A stretch of 64,000 nt of DNA from Bugula neritina (lineage: Eukaryota; Animalia; Bryozoa): the NCBI GenBank assembly GCA_964035545.1, contig OZ037765.1, forward strand, positions 15,014,698 to 15,078,697, written 5' to 3'. The translations under genes were made by a program, and so were the position numbers. Position 1 is the first letter of the stretch. Each line of letters begins with the position of its first letter. Positions 38,901 through 54,600 of this stretch are shown piece after piece. Below the pieces are notes generated by a model, which worked only from the letters and a program-made list of their open reading frames with translations, was not told where the DNA came from and did not search any database.

Positions 38901-41900
38901 CAAAATACTAAAATACACTGCAACACACTGAAGTATACTGTAATATATAGAAATGTACTGTAAAATACTTAAACATACGACAACATACCAAAAAACATAC
39001 TGCAACATACTGAATTACACTGCAATATCCTGAAATATACTTCAACATACTGAAATATACCTAAAAACATTGAAATATACTGAAATACAGTGTAGGATAT
39101 TGAAATACACTGCAACAATTTGGAATATACAGCAACATACCGAAATATATGGTAACCTACTGAAATATGTTGCAAACTACTGAAATATACTGCAACATAC
39201 TGCAACATAATGAAATATACTACAACATATTGAAATACACTGTAACACATTGAAATATACTGCAACACACTGAAACATACGGCAACATATTGAAATATAC
39301 TGTAACATACTGAAATATACTGCAAGATACTGCAATATACTGAAATACACTGTAACATACTGAAATACACTGCAACATACTGCAACATACTGGCATACAC
39401 TGGAACATACTGAAATACACTGCAACATACTACAACATACTGAAATACACTGTAACCTACTGAAATATGCTGTAGCACACTGAAATATACTGCAACATAC
39501 TGAAATATAATGCAAGTTACTACAACATACTGAAATACACTGTGACATACTGAAATACACTGCAACATACTGCAAGAATCTGCAACATACTGAAATACAC
39601 TGTAACATATTGAAATACACTGCAAAACCTTGAAATATACTGCAACACACTGAAGGATACGGCAACATACTGAAATATACTGTGACACATTTAAATGTAC
39701 TGCAACGTACTGAAATATGCTGTAGCATACTGAAATATACTGTAACACACTGTAATATACTGCAACATACTGCAACATACTGACATATACTGGAACATAC
39801 TGAAATAAACTCCAACATACTACAACATACTGAAATACACTGTAACCTACTGAAATATGCTGTAGCACACTGAAATATACTGCAACATACTGAAATATAA
39901 TGCAAGTAACTACAACATACTGAAAAACACTGTGACATACTGAGATACACTGCAACATACTGCAACATACTGAAATACACTGTAACAGACTGAAATGTAC
40001 TGTAACACACTGAAATATACTGCAACATGCTGAAATACACTGTAACATACTGAAATGTACTGCAACATACTGCAACATGCCGAATTACACTGTAACAAAC
40101 TGAAATACACTCCAACATACTACAACATACTGAAATACACTGCAACACATTGAAGTAAACCGCAACATACTTAAATATACGGTAACATACTGAAATATAC
40201 TGTAACTCATTGAAAAACATTGCAACATACTGAAACATACTGAAATATGCTGTAGCACACTGAAATACACCGCAATTCAATAAAAAATAGTGTAATATAC
40301 GGAAATGTACCGTAACATACTGAAATATACTGTAACAGACTGAAATGTACTGTAACAAACTGAAATATACTGCAACATGCTGAAATACACTGTAACATAA
40401 TGAAATATACTGCAACATACTGCAACATACCGACTTACACTGTAACAAACTGAAATACACTCCAACATACTACAACATACTGAAATACACTGTAACATAT
40501 TGAAATACACCGCAACACATTGAAATATACTGCAACATACCGAAATATATGGTAAACTACTGAATTATACTGTAACACATTGAAACTTACCGCAAAATAC
40601 TAAAATACACTGCAACACACTGAAGTATACTGTAATATATAGAAATGTACTGTAAGATACTTAAACATACGACAACATACCAAAAAACATACTGCAACAT
40701 ACTGAATTACACTGCAATATCCTGAAATATACTTCAACATACTGAAACATACCTAAAAACATTGAAATATACTGAAATACAGTGTAGGATATTGAAATAC
40801 ACTGCAACAATTTGGAATATACAGCAACATACCGAAATATATGGTAACCTACTGAAATATGTTGCAAACTACTGAAATATACTGCAACATACTGCAACAT
40901 AATGAAATATACTGTAACACATTGGAATAAACTGCAAAATACTGAAATATACTGTAACATACTGAAACATACTGCAACATACCGAAATATACTGTAACAT
41001 ACTGAAATATACTGCAAGATACTGCAATATACTGAAATACACTGTAACATACTGAAATACACTGCAACATACTGCAACATACTGACATACACTGGAACAT
41101 ACTGAAATACACTGCAACATGCTACAACATACTGAAATACGCTGTAACCTACTGAAATATGCTGTAGCACACTGAAATATACTGCAACATACTGAAATGT
41201 AATGCAAGTTACTACAACATACTGAAATACACTGTGACATACTGAAATACACTGCAACATACTGCAAGAAACTGCAACATACTGAAATACACTGTAACAT
41301 ATTGAAATACACTGCAAAACCTTGAAATATACTGCAACACACTGAAGGATACGGCAACATACTGAAATATACTCTGACACATTAAAATGTACTGCAACAT
41401 ACTGAAATATGCTGTAGCATACTGAAATATACTGTAACACACTGTAATATACTGCAACATACTGCAACATACTGACATATACTGGAACATACTGAAATAA
41501 ACTCCAACATACTACAACATACTGAAATACACTGTAACCTACTGAAATATGCTGTAGCACACTGAAATATACTGCAACATACTGAAATATAATGCAAGTA
41601 ACTACAACATACTGAAATACACTGTGACATACTGAGATACACTGCAACATACTGCAACATACTGAAATACACTGTAACAGACTGAAATGTACTGTAACAC
41701 ACTGAAATATACTGCAACATGCTGAAATACACTGTAACATACTGAAATATACTGCAACATACTGCAACATACCAAATTACACCGTAACAAACTGAAATAC
41801 ACTCCAACATACTACAACATACTGAAATACACTGTAACATATTGAAATACATCGCAACACATTGAAATATACTGCAACACACTGAAATATACTGTAACAC

Positions 41901-44900
41901 ACTTTAATATACTGCAACATACTGCAACATACTGACATACACTGGAACATACTGAAATACACTCCAACATACTACAACATACTGAAATACACTGTAACCT
42001 ACTGAAATATGCTGTAGCACACTGAAATATACTGCAACATAATAAAATACATTGTAACATACTGAGGTATACTGCAACATACTGCAACATACTGAAATAC
42101 ACTGTAACATACTGAAATACACTGCAACATACTGAAATACATTGGAACATATTGAAACACACTACAACACATTAAAATATACTGCAACACACTGAAACAT
42201 ACGGCAACATACTGAAATATACTGCAAAACATTGAAATATACTGCTACATACTGAAACATGCTGTAGCATACTGAAATACACTGCAACACACTGAAGTAT
42301 ACTGTAATATACAGAAATGTTCTGTAACATACTGAAAGGTACGTCAACATACTGAAATGTACTCCAACGTGCTGAACTATACTGTAACATACTGAAATAC
42401 ACTGTAATATACTGAATTAAACTGCAACATACTGCAACATACAGAAATAAGCTGTAACATATTGAAATACACCACAACATATTGTAATATACTGCAACAT
42501 ACTGAAGCATACGGCAACATACTGAAATATACTGCAACACATTGAATCATACTGCAACATAGTCAAATATAATGCAAGATACTGTAACATTCTGAAAAAC
42601 ACTGTGACATACTGAAATACACTGCATCATACTGCAACATACTGCAACATACTGAAATACACTGCAACACATTGAAGTAAACCGCAACATACTTAAATAT
42701 ACGATAACATACTGAAATATACTGTAACTCATTGAAAAACATTGCAACATACTGAAACATACTGAAATATGCTGTAGCACACTGAAATACACCGCAGTTC
42801 AATAGAAAATAGTGTAATATACGGAAATGTACCGTAACATACTGAAATATACTGTAACAGACTGAAATGTACTGTAACAAACTGAAATATACTGCAACAT
42901 GCTGAAATACACTGTAACATAATGAAATATACTGCAACATACTGCAACATACCGAATTACACTGTAACAAACTGAAATACACTCCAACATACTACAACAT
43001 ACTGAAATACACTGTAACATATTGAAATACACCGCAACACATTGAAATATACTGCAACATACCGAAATATATGGTAAACTACTGAACTATACTGTAACAC
43101 ATTGAAACTTACCGCAAAATACTAAAATACACTGCAACACACTGAAGTATACTGTAATATATAGAAATGTACTGTAAAATACTTAAACATACGACAACAT
43201 ACCAAAAAACATACTGCAACATACTGAATTACACTGCAATATCCTGAAATATACTTCAACATACTGAAATATACCTAAAAACATTGAAATATACTGAAAT
43301 ACAGTGTAGGATATTGAAATACACTGCAACAATTTGGAATATACAGCAACATACCGAAATATATGGTAACCTACTGAAATATGTTGCAAACTACTGAAAT
43401 ATACTGCAACATACTGCAACATAATGAAATATACTACAACATATTGAAATACACTGTAACACATTGAAATATACTGCAACACACTGAAACATACGGCAAC
43501 ATATTGAAATATACTGTAACATACTGAAATATACTGCAAGATACTGCAATATACTGAAATACACTGTAACATACTGAAATACACTGCAACATACTGCAAC
43601 ATACTGGCATACACTGGAACATACTGAAATACACTGCAACATACTACAACATACTGAAATACACTGTAACCTACTGAAATATGCTGTAGCACACTGAAAT
43701 ATACTGCAACATACTGAAATATGATGCAAGTTACTACAACATACTGAAATACACTGTGACATACTGAAATACACTGCAACATACTGCAAGAATCTGCAAC
43801 ATACTGAAATACACTGTAACATATTGAAATACACTGCAAAACCTTGAAATATACTGCAACACACTGAAGGATACGGCAACATACTGAAATATACTGTAAC
43901 ACATTTAAATGTACTGCAACGTACTGAAATATGCTGTAGCATACTGAAATATACTGTAACACACTGTAATATACTGCAACATACTGCAACATACTGACAT
44001 ATACTGGAACATACTGAAATAAACTCCAACATACTACAACATACTGAAATACACTGTAACCTACTGAAATATGCTGTAGCACACTGAAATATACTGCAAC
44101 ATACTGAAATATAATGCAAGTAACTACAACATACTGAAAAACACTGTGACATACTGAGATACACTGCAACATACTGCAACATACTGAAATACACTGTAAC
44201 AGACTGAAATGTACTGTAACACACTGAAATATACTGCAACATGCTGAAATACACTGTAACATACTGAAATGTACTGCAACATACTGCAACATGCCGAATT
44301 ACACTGTAACAAACTGAAATACACTCCAACATACTACAACATACTGAAATACACTGCAACACATTGAAGTAAACCGCAACATACTTAAATATACGGTAAC
44401 ATACTGAAATATACTGTAACTCATTGAAAAACATTGCAACATACTGAAACATACTGAAATATGCTGTAGCACACTGAAATACACCGCAATTCAATAAAAA
44501 ATAGTGTAATATACGGAAATGTACCGTAACATACTGAAATATACTGTAACAGACTGAAATGTACTGTAACAAACTGAAATATACTGCAACATGCTGAAAT
44601 ACACTGTAACATAATGAAATATACTGCAACATACTGCAACATACCGACTTACACTGTAACAAACTGAAATACACTCCAACATACTACAACATACTGAAAT
44701 ACACTGCAACATATTGAAATACACCGCAACACATTGAAATATACTGCAACATACCGAAATATATGGTAAACTACTGAATTATACTGTAACACATTGAAAC
44801 TTACCGCAAAATACTAAAATACACTGCAACACACTGAAGTATACTGTAATATATAGAAATGTACTGTAAAATACTTAAACATACGACAACATACCAAAAA

Positions 44901-46300
44901 ACATACTGCAACATACTGAATTACACTGCAATATCCTGAAATATACTTCAACATACTGAAACATACCTAAAAACATTGAAATATACTGAAATACAGTGTA
45001 GGATATTGAAATACACTGCAACAATTTGGAATATACAGCAACATACCAAAATATATGGTAACCTACTGAAATATGTTGCAAACTACTGAAATATACTGCA
45101 ACGTACTGCAACATAATGAAATATACTGTAACACATTGGAATAAACTGCAAAATACTGAAATATACTGTAACATACTGAAACATACTGCAACATACCGAA
45201 ATATACTGTAACATACTGAAATATACTGCAAGATACTGCAATATACTGAAATACACTGTAACATACTGAAATACACTGCAACATACTGCAACATACTGAC
45301 ATACACTGGAACATACTGAAATACACTGCAACATGCTACAACATACTGAAATACGCTGTAACCTACTGAAATATGCTGTAGCACACTGAAATATACTGCA
45401 ACATACTGAAATATAATGCAAGTTACTACAACATACTGAAATACACTGTGACATACTGAAATACACTGCAACATACTGCAAGAAACTGCAACATACTGAA
45501 ATACACTGTAACATATTGAAATACACTGCAAAACCTTGAAATATACTGCAACACACTGAAGGATACGGCAACATACTGAAATATACTCTGACACATTAAA
45601 ATGTACTGCAACATACTGAAATATGCTGTAGCATACTGAAATATACTGTAACACACTGTAATATACTGCAACATACTGCAACATACTGACATATACTGGA
45701 ACATACTGAAATAAACTCCAACATACTACAACATACTGAAATACACTGTAACCTACTGAAATATGCTGTAGCACACTGAAATATACTGCAACATACTGAA
45801 ATATAATGCAAGTAACTACAACATACTGAAATACACTGTGACATACTGAGATACACTGCAACATACTGCAACATACTGAAATACACTGTAACAGCCTGAA
45901 ATGTACTGTAACACACTGAAATATACTGCAACATGCTGAAATACACTGTAACATACTGAAATATACTGCAACATACTGCAACATACCGAATTACACCGTA
46001 ACAAACTGAAATACACTCCAACATACTACAACATACTGAAATACACTGTAACATATTGAAATACATCGCAACACATTGAAATATACTGCAACACACTGAA
46101 ATATACTGTAACACACTTTAATATACTGCAACATACTGCAACATACTGACATACACTGGAACATACTGAAATACACTCCAACATACTACAACATACTGAA
46201 ATACACTGTAACCTACTGAAATATGCTGTAGCACACTGAAATATACTGCAACATAATAAAATACATTGTAACCTACTGAGGTATACTGCAACATACTGCA
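20940..46300. repeat. Higher-order repeat block: six tandem ~4.2-kb units, each 2 x 1692 bp + 840 bp
   Basis: The same landmark recurs at 21082, 25306, 29530, 33744, 37948 and 42162 (periods 4224, 4224, 4214, 4204, 4214). The 12-bp variant monomer ACCAAAAAACAT recurs at alternating 1692 and 2512-2532 bp spacings. Block ends are approximate. Confidence 0.93.
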
Positions 46301-48670
46301 ACATACTGAAATACACTGTAACATATTGAAATACATCGCAACACATTGAAATATACTGCAACACACTGAAATATACTGTAACACACTGTAATATACTGCA
46401 ACATACTGCAACATACTGACATACACTGGAACATACTGAAATACACTCCAACATACTACAACATACTGAAATACACTGTAACCTACTGAAATATGCTGTA
46501 GCACACTGAAATATAATGCAACATACTGAAATATAATGAAAGTTACTACAACATACTGAAATACACTGTGAGATACTGAGATACACTGCAACACCTTGAA
46601 ATATACTGCAACACACTGAAAGATACGGCAACATACTGAAATATACTGCGACACATTGAAATATAGTGCAGCATACTGAAATATGCTGTAGCATACTGAA
46701 ATATACTGTAACACACTGAAATATACTGCAACATACTGAAATACATTGTAACATACTGAAATATACTGCAACATACTGAAATACACTGTAACATACTGAA
46801 ATATACTGCAACATACTGCAACATACTGAAATACACTGTAACATACTGAAATACACTGCAACATACTGCAACATACTGAAATACACTGGAAGAAATTGAA
46901 ACACACTACAACACATTGAAATATACTGCAACACACTGAAACATACAGCAACATACTGAACTATACTGCGACACATTGAAATATACTGCAATATAGTTAA
47001 ATATAATGCAAGATACTGCAACATTCTGAAATACACTGTGACATACTGAAATACACTGCAACATACTTCAACATACTGCAAGAAACTGCAACATACTGAA
47101 ATACACTGTAACATATTGAAATACACTGCAAAACCTTGAAATATACTGCAACACACTGAAGGATACGGCAACATACTGAAATATACTCTGACACATTAAA
47201 ATGTACTGCAACATACTGAAATATGCTGTAGCATACTGAAATATACTGTAACACACTGTAATATACTGCAACATACTGCAACATACTGACATATACTGGA
47301 ACATACTGAAATAAACTCCAACATACTACAACATACTGAAATACACTGTAACCTACTGAAATATGCTGTAGCACACTGAAATATACTGCAACATACTGAA
47401 ATATAATGCAAGTAACTACAACATACTGAAATACACTGTGACATACTGAGATACACTGCAACATACTGCAACATACTGAAATACACTGTAACAGCCTGAA
47501 ATGTACTGTAACACACTGAAATATACTGCAACATGCTGAAATACACTGTAACATACTGAAATATACTGCAACATACTGCAACATACCGAATTACACCGTA
47601 ACAAACTGAAATACACTCCAACATACTACAACATACTGAAATACACTGTAACATATTGAAATACATCGCAACACATTGAAATATACTGCAACACACTGAA
47701 ATATACTGTAACACACTTTAATATACTGCAACATACTGCAACATACTGACATACACTGGAACATACTGAAATACACTCCAACATACTACAACATACTGAA
47801 ATACACTGTAACCTACTGAAATATGCTGTAGCACACTGAAATATACTGCAACATAATAAAATACATTGTAACCTACTGAGGTATACTGCAACATACTGCA
47901 ACATACTGAAATACACTGTAACATATTGAAATACATCGCAACACATTGAAATATACTGCAACACACTGAAATATACTGTAACACACTGTAATATACTGCA
48001 ACATACTGCAACATACTGACATACACTGGAACATACTGAAATACACTCCAACATACTACAACATACTGAAATACACTGTAACCTACTGAAATATGCTGTA
48101 GCACACTGAAATATAATGCAACATACTGAAATATAATGAAAGTTACTACAACATACTGAAATACACTGTGAGATACTGAGATACACTGCAACACCTTGAA
48201 ATATACTGCAACACACTGAAAGATACGGCAACATACTGAAATATACTGCGACACATTGAAATATAGTGCAGCATACTGAAATATGCTGTAGCATACTGAA
48301 ATATACTGTAACACACTGAAATATACTGCAACATACTGAAATACATTGTAACATACTGAAATATACTGCAACATACTGAAATACACTGTAACATACTGAA
48401 ATATACTGCAACATACTGCAACATACTGAAATACACTGTAACATACTGAAATACACTGCAACATACTGCAACATACTGAAATACACTGGAAGAAATTGAA
48501 ACACACTACAACACATTGAAATATACTGCAACACACTGAAACATACAGCAACATACTGAACTATACTGCGACACATTGAAATATACTGCAATATAGTTAA
48601 ATATAATGCAAGATACTGCAACATTCTGAAATACACTGTGACATACTGAAATACACTGCAACATACTTCA
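45470..48670. repeat. 1600-bp tandem duplication inside the satellite
   Basis: The private variant ACAGCCTGAA occurs at 45891 and 47491. Identical translated pseudo-ORFs occur at 45596/47196, 46118/47718 and 46546/48146. Confidence 0.9.
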
Positions 48671-51600
48671 ACATACTGCAACATACTGCAACATACTGAA
48701 ATACACTGTAACATATTGAAGTGCACTGCAACACACTGAAACATACGGCAACATACTGAAATATACTGCAACACATTGAAATATACTGCAACATACTGAA
48801 ATATGCTGTAGTATACTGAAACACACTGCAACACAGTGAAGTATACTGTAAAATACAGAAATATACTGTAACATACTGAAACATATGTCAACATACTGAA
48901 ATGTACTGCAACATACTGAAATACACTGTAACAAACCCAATTACATTGCAACAAACTGCAACATACTGAAATACGCTGTAACATATTGAAATACGCTCCA
49001 ACACATTGAAAGAAACTGCAACATACCTAAATATACGATAATATAGTGAAAGATACTGTACCACATTGAAAAACATTGCAACATACTGAAACATGCTGTA
49101 GCACATTAAAATACACTGTAAGATACTGAAATACACTGCAACATACTACAACATACTGAAATACACTGTAACATTATGAATTACACTGCAACACATTGAA
49201 AAATACTGCAACATACCGAAATATATGGCAAACTACTGAAATATACTTTAACAGATTGAAAAAAACTGCATCATACTGAAATATACTGTAACACACTGAA
49301 ATATACTGCAAAACACTGAAATACACTGTAACATACTGAAATACACTGTAACATACTGAAATATACTGCAACACACTGCAACATACTGAAATGCGCTGTA
49401 ACATACTGAAATACACTGCAACATACTACAACATATTGAAATACACTGTAACACATTGAAATATACTGCAACACACTGAAACATACGGCAACATATTGAA
49501 ATATACTGCAACACATTGAAATATACCGCAACATACTGAAATATGCTGTAGCACACTGAAATACACTGCAACTCACTATAATATAGTGTAATATACAGAA
49601 ATGTACTGTAACATACTGAAATACACTGTAACATACTGAAATATACTGCAACATACTGAAGTACACTGCAACATACTGCAACATACTGAAATACACTGTA
49701 ACATATTGAAATACACTACAACACATTGAAATATACTGCAACACACTGAAGGATACGGCAACATACTGAAATATACTCTGACACATTAAAATGTACTGCA
49801 ACATACTGAAATATGCTGTAGCATACTGAAATATACTGTAACACACTGTAATATACTGCAACATACTGCAACATACTGACATAAACTGGAACATACTGAA
49901 ATAAACTCCAACATACTACAACATACTGAAATACACTGTAACCTACTGAAATATGCTGTAGCACACTGAAATATACTGCAACATACTGAAATATAATGCA
50001 AGTAACTACAACATACTGAAATACACTGTGACATACTGAGATACACTGCAACATACTGCAACATACTGAAATACACTGTAACAGACTGAAATGTACTGTA
50101 ACACACTGAAATATACTGCAACATGCTGAAATACACTGTAACATACTGAAATATACTGCAACATACTGCAACATACCGAATTACACCGTAACAAACTGAA
50201 ATACACTCCAACATACTACAACATACTGAAATACACTGTAACATATTGAAATACATCGCAACACATTGAAATATACTGCAACACACTGAAATATACTGTA
50301 ACACACTGTAATATACTGCAACATACTGCAACATACTGACATACACTGGAACATACTGAAATACACTCCAACATACTACAACATACTGAAATACACTGTA
50401 ACCTACTGAAATATGCTGTAGCACACTGAAATATAATGCAACATACTGAAATATAATGAAAGTTACTACAACATACTGAAATACACTGTGAGATACTGAG
50501 ATACACTGCAACACCTTGAAATATACTGCAACACACTGAAAGATACGGCAACATACTGAAATATACTGCGACACATTGAAATATAGTGCAGCATACTGAA
50601 ATATGCTGTAGCATACTGAAATATACTGTAACACACTGAAATATACTGCAACATACTGAAATACATTGTAACATACTGAAATATACTGCAACATACTGAA
50701 ATACACTGTAACATACTGAAATATACTGCAACATACTGCAACATACTGAAATACACTGTAACATACTGAAATACACTGCAACATACTGCAACATACTGAA
50801 ATACACTGGAAGAAATTGAAACACACTACAACACATTGAAATATACTGCAACACACTGAAACATACAGCAACATACTGAACTATACTGCGACACATTGAA
50901 ATATACTGCAACATAGTTAAATATAATGCAAGATACTGCAACATTCTGAAATACACTGTGACATACTGAAATACACTGCAACATACTTCAACATACTGCA
51001 ACATACTGCAACATACTGAAATACACTGTAACATATTGAAGTGCACTGCAACACACTGAAACATACGGCAACATACTGAAATATACTGCAACACATTGAA
51101 ATATACTGCAACATACTGAAATATGCTGTAGTATACTGAAACACACTGCAACACAGTGAAGTATACTGTAAAATACAGAAATATACTGTAACATACTGAA
51201 ACATATGTCAACATACTGAAATGTACTGCAACATACTGAAATACACTGTAACAAACCCAATTACATTGCAACAAACTGCAACATACTGAAATACGCTGTA
51301 ACATATTGAAATACGCTCCAACACATTGAAAGAAACTGCAACATACCTGAATATACGATAATATAGTGAAAGATACTGTACCACATTGAAAAACATTGCA
51401 ACATACTGAAACATGCTGTAGCACATTAAAATACACTGTAAGATACTGAAATACACTGCAACATGCTGAAATACACTGTAACCTACTGAAATACACTGCA
51501 ACATACTACAACATACTGAAATACACTGTAACATTATGAATTACACTGCAACACATTGAAAAATACTGCAACATACCGAAATATATGGCAAACTACTGAA

Positions 51601-54600
51601 ATATACTTTAACAGATTGAAAAAAACTGCATCATACTGAAATATACTGTAACACACTGAAATATACTGCAAAACACTGAAATACACTGTAACATACTGAA
51701 ATACACTGTAACATACTGAAATATACTGCAACACACTGCAACATACTGAAATGCGCTGTAACATACTGAAATACACTGCAACATACTACAACATATTGAA
51801 ATACACTGTAACACATTGAAATATACTGCAACACACTGAGACATACGGCAACATATTGAAATATACTGCAACACATTGAAATATACCGCAACATACTGAA
51901 ATATGCTGTAGCACACTGAAATACACTGCAACTCATTATAATATAGTGTAATATACAGAAATGTACTGTAACATACTGAAATACACTGTAACATACTGAA
52001 ATATACTGCAACATACTGAAGTACACTGCAACATACTGCAACATACTGAAATACACTGTAACATATTGAAATACACTACAACACATTGAAATATACTGCA
52101 ACACACTGAAGGATACGGCAACATACTGAAATATACTGCGACACATTGAAATATACTGCAACATACTGAAATTTGCTGTAGCATACTGAAATATACTGTA
52201 ACACACTGTAAAATACTGCAACATACTGCAACATACTGACATACACTGGAACATACTGAAATACACTGCAACATACTACAACATACTGAAATACACTGTA
52301 ACCTACTGAAACACGCTGTAGCACACTGAAATATACTGCAACATACTGAAATATAATGCAAGTTACTACAACATACTGAAATACACTGTGACATACTGAG
52401 ATACACTGCAACATACTGCAACATACTGTAACATACTGAAATACACTGTAACCTACTGAAACACACTGCAACATACTACAACATACCGAAATACACTGTA
52501 ACATCATGAATTACACTGCAACACATTGAAAAATACTGCAACATACCGAAATATATGGCAAACTACTGAAATATACTTTAACAGATTGAAAAAAACTGCA
52601 TCATACTGAAATATACTGTAACACACTGAAATATACTGCAAAACACTGAAATACACTGTAACATACTGAAATACACTGTAACATACTGAAATATATTGCA
52701 ACACACTGCAACATACTGAAATGCGCTTTAACATACTGAAATACACTGCAACATACTACAACATATAGAAATACACTGCAACACATTGAAATATACTGCA
52801 ACACACTGAAACATCTGGCAACATATTGAAATATACTGCAACACATTGAAATATACCGCAACATACTGAAATATGCTGTAGCACACTGAAATACACCGCA
52901 ACTCACTATAATATAGTGTAATATACAGAAATGTACTGTAACATACTGAAATATACTGTAACATACTGAAATATACTGCAACATACTGAAGTACACTGCA
53001 ACATACTGCAACATACTGAAATACACTGTAACATATTGAAATACATTACAACACATTGAAATATACTGCAACACACTGAAATATGCTGTAGCACACTGAA
53101 ATACACTGCAACTCACTATAATATAGTGTAATATACAGAAATGTACTGTAACATACTGAGATAAACTGCAACATACTGCAACATACTGCAACATACTGAA
53201 ATACACTGTAACATATTGAAATACACTGCAAAACCTTGAAATATACTGCAACACACTGAAGGATACAGCAACATACTGAAATATACTGCAACATACTGAA
53301 ATATGCTGTAGCATACTGAAATATACTGTAACACACCGTAATATACTGCAACATACTGCAACATACTGACATACACTGGAACATACTGAAATGCACTGCA
53401 ACATACTACAACATACTGAAATACACTGTAACCTACTGAAATATGCTGTAGCACACTGAAATATACTGCAGCTTACTGAAATATAATGCAAGTTACTACA
53501 ACATACTGAAATACACTGTGACATACTGAGATACACTGCAACACCTTGAAATATACTGCAACACACTGAAAGATACTGCGACACATTGAAATATACTGCA
53601 GCATACTGAAATATGCTGTAGCATACTGAAATACGCTGTAGCACACTGAAATATACTGCAACATACTGAAATATAATGCAAGTTACTACAACATACTGAA
53701 ATACACTGTGACATACTGAAATACACTGTGACAGACTGAAATGTACTGTAACACACTGAAATATAATGCAACATGCTGAAATACACTGTAACATACTGAA
53801 ATATACTGCAACATACTGCAACATACTGAAATACACTGTAACATACTGAAATGCACTGTAACATACTGCAACATACAGAAATACACTGGAGCAAATTGAA
53901 ACACACTACAACACATTGAAATATACTGCAACACACTGAAACATACAGCAACATACTGAAATATACTGCGACACATTGAAATATACTGCAACATAGTTAA
54001 ATATAATGCAAGATACTGCAACATTCTGAAATACACTGTGACATACTGAAATACACTGCAACATACTTCAACATATTGCAACATACTGCAACATACTGAA
54101 ATACACTGTAACATATTGAAGTGCACTGCAACACATTGAAATATACTGCAACACACTGAAACATACGGCAACATACTGAAATATACTGCAACACATTGAA
54201 ATATACTGCAACATAGTCAAATATAATGCAAGATACTGTAACATTCTGAAACACACTGTGAGATACTGAAATTCACTGCAACATACTGCAACATACTGCA
54301 ACATACTGCAACATACTGAAATACACTGTAACATATTGAAATACACTGCAACACATTAAAATATACTGCAAGACACTGAAACATACGGCAACATACTGAA
54401 ATATACTGCAACACATTGAAATATACTGCAACATACTGAAATATGCTGTAGTATACCGAAACACACTGCAACACAGTGAAGTATACTGTAAAATACAGAA
54501 ATATACTGTAACATACTGAAACATATGTCAACATACTGAAATGTACTGCAACATGCTGAAATATATTGCAACATACTGAAATACACTGTAACAAACCCAA

